From positions 68,758,001 to 68,822,000 of the forward strand of contig OZ320319.1 of NCBI GenBank assembly GCA_976226885.1: DNA of 64,000 nt, in the 5' to 3' direction. The notes below the pieces were generated by a model, which saw only the letters and a list, made by a program, of their open reading frames with translations, had not been told where the DNA came from and searched no databases. Position numbers and translations under genes: made by a program. This document shows positions 14,106 through 22,316 of the stretch, in pieces; within the stretch, counting starts at the first letter, position 1; every line of letters starts with the position of its first letter. Origin of the DNA: Iphione sp. A-MEVVRFRX5. Taxonomy: Eukaryota.

Positions 14106-15571
14106 TTATCTGGAGATGAAGCTTGATAATATACAGAGCATCTTCGATAGGAGGAGATCACATCCATTTTGTTAGTTGTCGGCTTATTTGGACCCGGGCC
14201 CTGGAGCGCTCACCTCCCTCCGGCGCTATCGCAGTGTCACATGTTGATCAAATTGCCTGCTCACAATGGGACAATGAGGTCGCTGGCAGTTGGCTGGGAC
14301 TTGTGAAATGGGAGTCGAGGCCCTGCAGCGGCCAGCACTAACCCGTTCTGTGATGTCTAATGGATCTTCATTCACCCTCCCGTAATAAGGCAATTTTATC
14401 GCCATAAAGATCTATCCGTGCCTACTGGGATTTGCCGATTTGTACCCCAAAGGACAAACACCTATTTAGAGGCAGACCAATGAATGTCCCTGTGAGGGCC
14501 TTGAATGCGATTAGACGTAATCGATTGCGCACTGAGCAATGAAAGTGTCATCAAAATCAAATAATCTTAACTCACTCTCTATTTCAAAGAAAATAATTAA
14601 CTGGTTTTCTTCCGTTGCTCACGGTACTGCTCCCAGTGGAAACGGACACTGTTGGGTGCTTTCTTTCGACGTATTGACGAAGTAATATGCAGGAACACAC
14701 CCTTTTTTAATAGGTCGAAAAAGGATACCCCCTCTCTATTAAACGCATTGAAAACCAAGGGGCTCTTCCGACTACGTGAGCTCCTCGGAGCGGTTCTGCA
14801 CCCCATGCAATGCCATAGAGCACAGACATCATGCGGAACACAATCATATTCATTCTAGCGTAATATTTAACTAGGACATGTAATTTACAAAGGAACTGTT
14901 TTCTCATACTCTAAAGTACAATAGAAACTGAAGCATCCCTGACTGAACCTTTCTTTCGTTTTATTGGGAAGTCATATGTAATATAAGCTGCAGAATTTGG
15001 TTTCTCAGAGCTTAATATCTTTAAAAAATATTTCAGAAGTCAACCGTCAGATGATGTCAGTTAAATGCCTTCAGTGTTTCATCTGTTATTAATACTGATC
15101 TCAAAGTATTTCAAAGAGAGCCGTGATGCAGGATATAATTGTGTACAATATGTTAGGGTATTTTTTTGCATGCAAGCCAACTTATGTACCTATAAGACCA
15201 TGTGAATTACCACAGATGCACAGCAATTCCTCTTATCGGAAGGTCTGCCATCTTATAATAATCATCAACACAACTGAGATGGGTGCAATATTTTCTCATT
15301 CTTCTATTCCTGAACTGATATTCTATTATTTACTATGCACTTTTATCCATCTGCTGTTCTCCTTTCTAATTAGTTTATGTTCTTGGGTTATTTATGGTTT
15401 TTTAACACTCTCCTGTTACCAAAACAAATCTTAAATCATGTTAGATTGTGATGGTTTGTGCATATTGTAATAATTGCTGGATATGTAAGGCTTTATGCCA
15501 TATTCTCCTTTTCCAGTGAAAAAATGTTATTTGGTCATATTGTACTTTTGACGAATAATCTCAAAAAAAGG

Positions 15572-15582
15572 AAGATGGCGGC
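15572..15582 (+). promoter_or_regulatory. YY1-type motif at the LINE 5' end (putative internal Pol II promoter / initiator)
   Basis: AAGATGGCGGC matches the YY1 consensus. It lies at the inferred element start, ~65 nt upstream of the ORF1 ATG, as with the YY1 site near the 5' end of mammalian L1. Confidence 0.5.
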
Positions 15583-15636
15583 CGAGTAAGACACTTATCG
15601 TTTAGGCTCCGTATAAGTAATCGTGATACAGAAGTC

Positions 15637-17073
15637 ATGCCAAGGCAACCACGAACAAGCTCAGTATCCAGGCAGGGTAGTACCCCTAGAGGGCACACCC
15701 AAGTCCTTCGATCGATGTCATCGAGCATGAATTTTGAGAAAAATGCCAACACTGAGGAGGTGAGCGATAATGGGGGCAACATAGGGCATGATCAGCGGGA
15801 AAGCCGGCGTCAATCGGAGAAGGGTGACGCTGTCGGCATCAGTGACACTGACACTAACGCTGTCAATGCTGTCAATGCTGGTGAGTTGTCTGCTATTGCG
15901 ATGTTACAGGACGTAATCTCTAAGCAGAAGAACATCATTGACAGCTTGTCCCAAGAGATATCTCAACTAAAGCAACATGTGAAGGATGAGGTAAGCGCTC
16001 TGAAAAGTGAAATATCTGCGTTGAGAATTGAAAATGGGAACTTACTGAGACAGTGTGAGAAATCTTGTATGGAGCTTGGTGACAGTGTCATCGCCAAGGT
16101 AGAAATTGTGTCCCAGAAGGTAGCGAGACTGGATTATGATGTCTCGCGTCGTGAACTCCAAGACCGCGGCAGGCAGGTCATTATTGACGGAATTCCATGT
16201 GCTGAAGAACGCAATATTTTCAATTTTGTCAGCAAGCTTCTTCACCACACTGCCGCTGTCAATCGCAAGAGGATTCGTGACGTCGCTGTCATAGCGGACA
16301 ACGGGAAGATTCTGAGAGTCCGGGCGTCGCTGGCTGACGTAGAAACTCGGTCACAAGTGCTGAAGGGACGCTCAAAATTAGCCAAGCATGAGGAATTTCA
16401 AGATATCTTCATCAAAGAAGACATTGCACCGAGGGCCATGGAAGCACATCGTCGCCAGACTCGCATCGCTGCGTCTGCTAGGAAACTAGGCAAACGCGCG
16501 ACTGTCCGAGGACTGGACTTGCTTCTAGAGGGCGAATGCTACACACCGCTTGACGAAGAGTTACTATCGGATGATGTCAAACCGTCACAAAATTCAACGA
16601 ATGAAGGAGACAAGACGTATGTATTCAACAATGATGCGCAAGGCTTTTCTCCGATGGAAGAATCACCAATGTCGTTTGATGGAGATTATTACCCATGTCT
16701 CGAAACAGCGTATCAAGCATGTAAAGTGCGCGTATGCAAGGATATGCGTGCGCTACGGGATATCAACAACAGCAAGTCTGGCTACGAAGCGCGCCGTTTT
16801 GGTAGGCAAATTGCAACTAATCAGGAATGGACAGATTCATCAGAGGTAATGCTCAAAGATCTCGTGTCGTGCAAGTATAGGCTTAACCCGCACCTTCTAG
16901 GGAACCTGATGAAATCGGGTAATAAAGAGATCTTCTACTGCGATCCGGACACTATTTTAGGTTGTAGGCCGAATGCAGACCAGCAACCCGGTAATGAGAA
17001 TGAGGTGGCTGGAAACAACTTACTGGGGAAGGTGTTACTGAGTTTTCGTGACTCTTTCATTGCTGCGACTTAG
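15637..17073 (+). CDS. LINE ORF1p: disordered N-terminus, coiled coil, L1-ORF1p-like RRM/CTD, C-terminal NADAR (YbiA-like) domain
   Basis: 478 aa intact ORF. Heptad region LQDVISKQKNIIDSLSQEISQLKQ...KVARLDYDV. RRM entry motif RQVIIDGIP and CTD motif IFIKEDIAP...GKRATVRGLDLLLEGECY. From aa ~328 (nt 16618): GFSPMEESPMSFDGDYYPCLETAYQACK...SGYEARRFGR...EW...DLVSCKYRLNPHLLGNLMKSGNKEIFYCDPDTILG...GNNLLGKVLLSFRD, colinear with YbiA/NADAR motifs. Confidence 0.9.
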   Translation: MPRQPRTSSVSRQGSTPRGHTQVLRSMSSSMNFEKNANTEEVSDNGGNIGHDQRESRRQSEKGDAVGISDTDTNAVNAVNAGELSAIAMLQDVISKQKNIIDSLSQEISQLKQHVKDEVSALKSEISALRIENGNLLRQCEKSCMELGDSVIAKVEIVSQKVARLDYDVSRRELQDRGRQVIIDGIPCAEERNIFNFVSKLLHHTAAVNRKRIRDVAVIADNGKILRVRASLADVETRSQVLKGRSKLAKHEEFQDIFIKEDIAPRAMEAHRRQTRIAASARKLGKRATVRGLDLLLEGECYTPLDEELLSDDVKPSQNSTNEGDKTYVFNNDAQGFSPMEESPMSFDGDYYPCLETAYQACKVRVCKDMRALRDINNSKSGYEARRFGRQIATNQEWTDSSEVMLKDLVSCKYRLNPHLLGNLMKSGNKEIFYCDPDTILGCRPNADQQPGNENEVAGNNLLGKVLLSFRDSFIAAT

Positions 17074-17424
17074 GCAATACTTAAGTTGAATAACCTGACA
17101 TCAGCTTTTGATAGTTGTGTGTTCCTTACTTGACATGATGTATTTGTGAGGGTTTTTCGCTGTGTGACATGTCTAGGGTCAGTCTCGGTTTTGTTATGCT
17201 ATTGACAACTTTATATGATTGTCTTTGTGCTTTTGCCACTACTCTTTTACCTCAATGCCTCACAGCACCACTTCAGATACTTCCTAATTTAGTGACTTTT
17301 TGAGTTAAATCCTATTCCAGAATATGCCATCCGTAACCGGCCTGAGCTGGGAGATGGCCATAGGCTAAGGGTTATCATCATCTGTGATCTGAGGACGCAC
17401 CGTGCAGTATCAAGACTGAGGAGG

Positions 17425-18033
17425 ATGGCCCTGCCCCCAGTTACGATATATGTTGTTATGATGCGAAGAGCTACATATCGACGGGTACTGCGCTGGAGTA
17501 TGATGTTTGACTGGCAAGCTTTCGACTTTGCCCTACTGCTGACTGGTACCTATGACTGCATTACTCGTGAGTGTTACCAATGGACCTTGACCCATCAAGA
17601 TGCTCATCGGTACAACAACAACTTACGAGCCACCTTAGTGAGGCTATCTGAGGTGTTTATGGGGCAGGATAGGTCAGGTGCTCGGCTTATCTGCGCACCG
17701 ATGCCTGGTGTAATGCTACGCAGATGTGAGCCTGACCTTTTCTACGATGACCCGTATCAACAAACAAGATTGAATGATCTTCTCCGTGTGCACAACTTGG
17801 CGTGTTGTCAAACTGGGAGGCGTTATGGGCTGTGTCCGCCGCGTTTGGATCGACAAGTCAACTATCTGATTGATGGTTTCTTCGGACTGGACTCTGATGC
17901 CCTGCTCTTAGATGGTATCGATGTCGAGGTATACGTAGCTAGAGACTGGGCTGACGAAATTGCCCGGTTTCTTTTTGAGGCCATGGCTTTGTATGGCCCA
18001 TCCCTATTTTACTCCAGGACTATTCGCATTTGA
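17425..18033 (+). CDS. LINE middle ORF: SGNH/GDSL hydrolase-fold protein, predicted catalytically inactive
   Basis: 202 aa from the first ATG, but the frame is open from 17296. Block I RVIIICDL (17368-17391; canonical GDS), block II MRRAT (canonical PGAT), block III LLLTGTYD (canonical GxND), block V LLDGIDVEVYVARDWADEIARFL (canonical DGxH...W). Confidence 0.7.
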   Translation: MALPPVTIYVVMMRRATYRRVLRWSMMFDWQAFDFALLLTGTYDCITRECYQWTLTHQDAHRYNNNLRATLVRLSEVFMGQDRSGARLICAPMPGVMLRRCEPDLFYDDPYQQTRLNDLLRVHNLACCQTGRRYGLCPPRLDRQVNYLIDGFFGLDSDALLLDGIDVEVYVARDWADEIARFLFEAMALYGPSLFYSRTIRI

Positions 18034-18836
18034 GGAGAAAGTACCGTGTTCTCAACCATCACCTGTAAGATAATATATGATCTCCTATAACCTAACGTCC
18101 ACAGAAGTATCTTGGACAGCTTTATCTATCCTTGACTCCAAGTGCAGTATCTCTACACTGAGATTAGCTACTTCCATTTAGCTACCATGTGAGAAGAACA
18201 TTTATTTTTATATTTTCCCATTAGTGATCTTGAGCTCTGCTCGTGTCTCTTGACGTTCTTTGCTTAAGCCTTACCTGACTTAATACTAGTAGTGGTGTGT
18301 TTCTTGACTTGTTTCTACTTCTTTTTGGACGGTTGTCATGTACCAAGCTGAGTTTCTACTGAGTTAAAGACTTTATTTTTTGGTGTTCTAATTTAGATGA
18401 CCTGCTTGTGAACTGAACTGTGATTCAGATAACCGTATTTGACTTGATCTGTCGTTATGCTGAGATACAATACCGGATAGTGTTCTAAACCCTTATCATA
18501 TCACATAGATGTTTTCCTTTTAATATATACTCTTGAACTACACTCTTTCTTACATAATAGCTGAACTGATCTGCTCATCCAATATTTTCCGTTACTATGT
18601 TTACTTTGTAACAAACTGTTCATTTTGTGTGCCGAAACGGTGAGGTCTAGTACCAGACTTCTGGGTGTGCTAGCTCTGACTATGGCAAGGTGATATGTGG
18701 TGACCAATAGTCCTTGTTTAACAGTCATGAGGTGTTACGTGTGTTGTTCCTAAGTGTTGTTGACGTGCTGTATATATGTGATGAGATATAATGTGAGTGG
18801 TTGTGTGAATAACAGGAGCCTAGTAGACAGCTAACT

Positions 18837-21287
18837 ATGGTAATCCATGTGGTCAGCTATAATGTGCGTAGTTTGGTTAAGAAGATGTGGTCTTTGATTG
18901 ACCTAATCAACCAAGAAAATGTAGACCTGCTGTGCCTAACTGAAACTTGGCTACATGCAGGAATCTCTGACAGGGTTGTGTCCATTCCAGGATTCAAGTT
19001 AATTCGCCGGGATAGGGCATGTAAATCCGGGAAAAGGGGAGGTGGGGTAGCTATCTATTACAGAGATGGGATAGAGCTTCAATCTCTAATTGATTGTGAC
19101 TTCCCAGACCTTGATTCATGCTGCGAGACCATAGCAGCGAGATTTAAGGTGGGCAATCATCGGCCATTGGAAGTCCTTAATGTCTACCGCCCTCCTAACG
19201 ACAAGGTATCCGACTCGATGAAACTTGTGGAGTCAGCCTGCAAGACGTTAGGACGGGTGGGGAGATCGGATCGAGTCATAGTTGGGGATTTCAATTATGA
19301 TTATGTGACCCCAGGTAGGGCTGGCATGGGCATAGCCAACATCATATCTGGGCTTGGTTATGTCCAAATCATTAAGGACTCAACAATGACAACAAACATG
19401 CATTGCCTGGACCATTGTTGGGTGTCGTTTGATGGTCACAATGGCGGTGAAGTCCTGAACTGGTACCTAAGTGATCATCTTCCTGTCAGCTTAGTACTCA
19501 AGAAGGGCTCTCCGAAACTGATCAAGAAGACTATCACTGTCAGAAACTGGAGCAAAGTGGATATCACTGAGCTTCATGATGAGATGCGGCGTGAGGCTAT
19601 CTCGACAGCTGTAGACCATGAAGTTGCTTGGGACAACTTCTATGCTGCCCTGTGGGCGAAACTCCAGGTACGGTGCCCACCTAGGGAGGTCAGGGTTGAT
19701 GATGAGTCAACCGTAACTCCGATCAATGAGGGAGTCCGTGAACTCCTCAAAGATCGGCAATATTTCCACCAGAAATGGCGGAAATATGGGTGTCCTGATA
19801 GTCTCCGGATTTTCCGCTTCTTGAACCAAAAGGCCAAGAGAGCTCTGCGGGACTGCAGGAGAGAGCACTGGAGAAAGAGAATTTCTGAGGCAGGCCAGAA
19901 TATGACCAAACTATGGGGCTGTCTTAATGATGCCTTGGGTAGGAAATCCAGAGATGATATCCTACCAGACAGGGAAGAATGGAAGGCCAAACATGGCGTG
20001 GAGCCTGCTGAATCTTTCAACAAATACTTTGTTGATGAGGTTGAGTCACTAGTCAACCGTAAAGGTCCAGTAGGTAATGTGTTTGACTTCTGTGGTGGCG
20101 ATGGATTCGAAATCAAACCTCCCACTCCACTTGAAGTCAGAAAGCTAGTCAATGACATCAAGATTTCTAAGTCCTCTGGCCTCCATGGTGTACCGACCAA
20201 GGTTCTCAAGCCACTCCTACAACTATGTCCAGATTTTCTGTCCTGGTTGTTTAACAGGATCTACGTAACAGGTCGATTTCCTAGTGCGTGGAAAGTGGCG
20301 CGGGTAACACCGGTGCACAAGAGAGGGGATGTCAATCAGCTGGGTCAGTACCGCCCTGTCTCGATCTTGCCACTACCGGGCAAGATCTGTGAGCGCTGGT
20401 TCAGCGGGGAACTGGTGAAACAGTTAGAGGCACGCGGCTGCTTCGCGGATGAACAACACGGATTCCGTGAGCGACGTGGCACAGAGACAGCGATCGTCAA
20501 ACTGGTCAACTCAGCGGCTGACATAATCAACCGGGGAGCGTATGCGTGCCTTATTACATTCGATCTGAAGAAGGCGTTTGACCTGGTCCCCCATGTGACT
20601 GTGGTCAAACGCCTTAAAGACATGGGGGCTGGTCCCAGGCTGCGTAGGCTAGTGGCATCTTACCTTAGTGGAAGACAGCAGTTTGTAAGATGCTACGGTA
20701 TTGAGTCACGCACTCTGAAGTTGAGACAAGGTGTGCCACAAGGATCAATTTTTGGTCCGGTGGCGTTTAATCTTGCAATCAATACAGTGGTGGATGTGCT
20801 CCCTGTCAGCCAGGTGTCCGTATTGTATGCCGACGACTTGTCCGTCTTGACTTATGCAAAAGACCTACTCAGGCTGAGGAGCATAGTCAGTCAGACCCTG
20901 TCTGCAGTGTCTACGTGGTGTGCTAGAGAGGGCCTCCTTTTGAGTGAGCATAAGTGTGCCTACTGCCCCATTGGGAAATCTGTGGGCATCCCTCTTGATG
21001 TCTCACTCAACAACAACGAACTTGGGATGGAGACATCAGTGACACTCTTGGGCCATGTTGTGGACGGTCGTCTAATGATGAAAGGTGAGGTCCAAAGAAC
21101 AAAAGCCAAAACTTGGCAGTGCGCTGCGGAGATAGGGAGAACCAAGAGTTTTCTTCCATTTGGGGCTAGATTACAGCTTTTTAAGGCCATGGTGCTAGTC
21201 CACTACCACTATGCCGCAGCCACCTGGTTTGCACTGACCAAATCGTGCGTAGTGGGACTCCAGGTTCACCTGAACCGATGTGCGTGA
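18837..21287 (+). CDS. LINE ORF2p: APE endonuclease + reverse transcriptase, truncated in this copy by TGA at 21285-21287
   Basis: APE motifs SYNVRSL, LCLTETW, RGGGVAIY, VYRPP, VGDFN, LDH, SDHLPV (nt ~18837-19500). RT motifs YRPVSILP, QHGFR, FDLKKAFDLVPH, GVPQGSIFGP, LYADD. Confidence 0.95.
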   Translation: MVIHVVSYNVRSLVKKMWSLIDLINQENVDLLCLTETWLHAGISDRVVSIPGFKLIRRDRACKSGKRGGGVAIYYRDGIELQSLIDCDFPDLDSCCETIAARFKVGNHRPLEVLNVYRPPNDKVSDSMKLVESACKTLGRVGRSDRVIVGDFNYDYVTPGRAGMGIANIISGLGYVQIIKDSTMTTNMHCLDHCWVSFDGHNGGEVLNWYLSDHLPVSLVLKKGSPKLIKKTITVRNWSKVDITELHDEMRREAISTAVDHEVAWDNFYAALWAKLQVRCPPREVRVDDESTVTPINEGVRELLKDRQYFHQKWRKYGCPDSLRIFRFLNQKAKRALRDCRREHWRKRISEAGQNMTKLWGCLNDALGRKSRDDILPDREEWKAKHGVEPAESFNKYFVDEVESLVNRKGPVGNVFDFCGGDGFEIKPPTPLEVRKLVNDIKISKSSGLHGVPTKVLKPLLQLCPDFLSWLFNRIYVTGRFPSAWKVARVTPVHKRGDVNQLGQYRPVSILPLPGKICERWFSGELVKQLEARGCFADEQHGFRERRGTETAIVKLVNSAADIINRGAYACLITFDLKKAFDLVPHVTVVKRLKDMGAGPRLRRLVASYLSGRQQFVRCYGIESRTLKLRQGVPQGSIFGPVAFNLAINTVVDVLPVSQVSVLYADDLSVLTYAKDLLRLRSIVSQTLSAVSTWCAREGLLLSEHKCAYCPIGKSVGIPLDVSLNNNELGMETSVTLLGHVVDGRLMMKGEVQRTKAKTWQCAAEIGRTKSFLPFGARLQLFKAMVLVHYHYAAATWFALTKSCVVGLQVHLNRCA

Positions 21288-21635
21288 ATGGCCTTGCAGG
21301 AGAAAGACTTTCTCTCAGCTGCCACCATGCAGAGGAAGTTTAAGATACCGCGCGTTAGTGATCTGATCTGGATCCATGGTATCCGTGCCGTGCATAATCA
21401 AATGCACTTAGGACTGATTAGGTCTGACCAGAGGAGTCAGACCAGAAGAGGTGCTCAATGGAGAGGCCTGACTGAGCGTCCGAGAAGCTCGAGATATGCA
21501 AGGTCTCTTAGCTATCTCGGTGTGAGGACGTGGAGTGATCTACCTGGGACACTCAAAGCAAGAAGGTCTCTGACCACTCGGGCCCTGGTAAATTACTTGC
21601 CAAACGCTGGGTCTGTTGGAGACATGGTTGGTTGA
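21288..21635 (+). CDS. In-frame C-terminal continuation of LINE ORF2 after the premature stop
   Basis: Same frame, immediately after TGA. RPRSSRYARSLSYLGVRTWSDLPGTLK...L matches the conserved CR1/L2 ORF2 C-terminal motif (PR....G.RSFSY.G..LWN.LP). Confidence 0.85.
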   Translation: MALQEKDFLSAATMQRKFKIPRVSDLIWIHGIRAVHNQMHLGLIRSDQRSQTRRGAQWRGLTERPRSSRYARSLSYLGVRTWSDLPGTLKARRSLTTRALVNYLPNAGSVGDMVG

Positions 21636-22290
21636 TCTACATGAGAAATGGTATGTGTCTGCTGGAGAATTTCCATAGAATATTTGCTGTGTGGTGTGGT
21701 AATGTGTGCACTTTCTGTTATAAATGCATGTACATTATAGATGGGATTGTAGGAGCTTTTTGTCAACACTGTGGAGATGTTGGTGCCAGTAGTGTACAGG
21801 TATATTGACGGCCAACCTCGTACGGTGACATTATATGTTAGTGTCGTGAAGATGTATGCTCTGCCTATTTTTTCGGTAATTCATTGGAATACTCTGGAGG
21901 GATCAGGATTGATGTTTCTTTGAGATCCCAGATGGTTATTTTTCATGCTGTAATACCCAGGATGACAGTACTATACCAAGTTGTCTGTGGTCGCGCTGGG
22001 ATGTGACATGATGAACACAGACTCTAAGCGTTTATCTTACACAGTTTGCTAGTGCGTTATGATGTCTTAGACTGCTGTATTCTCACTGTACCGATAGCAA
22101 CACTTTAAAAGCCATGGCATGATGACATTTTATTTTCCGCAAGAAGACCCTCGGTTGCACCAAAATATTCTTGTATATATGATGGTAGTTGCTATGATTT
22201 CCCACTGCTATTTCCCTTACTTGTATTTTCGCATGTTTTCTTGTCATTTCAACCAACGAAAGCTCTGATGTAATTTTGGAGAAATGTTGA

Positions 22291-22316
22291 AATAAAATCA
22301 AAATCAAAATCAAAAA
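22291..22316 (+). repeat. LINE 3' tail: AATAAA fused to (AAAATC)x3
   Basis: AATAAAATCAAAATCAAAATCAAAAA. Short tandem-repeat tails are characteristic of CR1/L2-group LINEs. Confidence 0.8.

Larger units (their letters stand above)
15571..22311 (+). mobile_element. Apparently full-length non-LTR retrotransposon (LINE), CR1/L2 group (Crack/Daphne/L2-like), with three ORFs
   Basis: 5' end at GAAGATGGCGGCCG; ORF1 (coiled coil-RRM-NADAR); SGNH-like middle ORF; APE-RT ORF2; ~650 nt 3' UTR ending in AATAAA plus an (AAAATC)n tail. Possible low-complexity target-site duplication AAAAAG (15565-15570 and 22312-22317). The clade is inferred from RT motifs and 3' structure, not from a tree. Confidence 0.93.

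Noticed and set aside
19640-20209. 189 aa antisense ORF inside LINE ORF2 (also 20345-20623 and 20960-21190)
   Set aside because: Shadow frames of a coding sequence; low-complexity Ser/Leu-rich translation with no motif.
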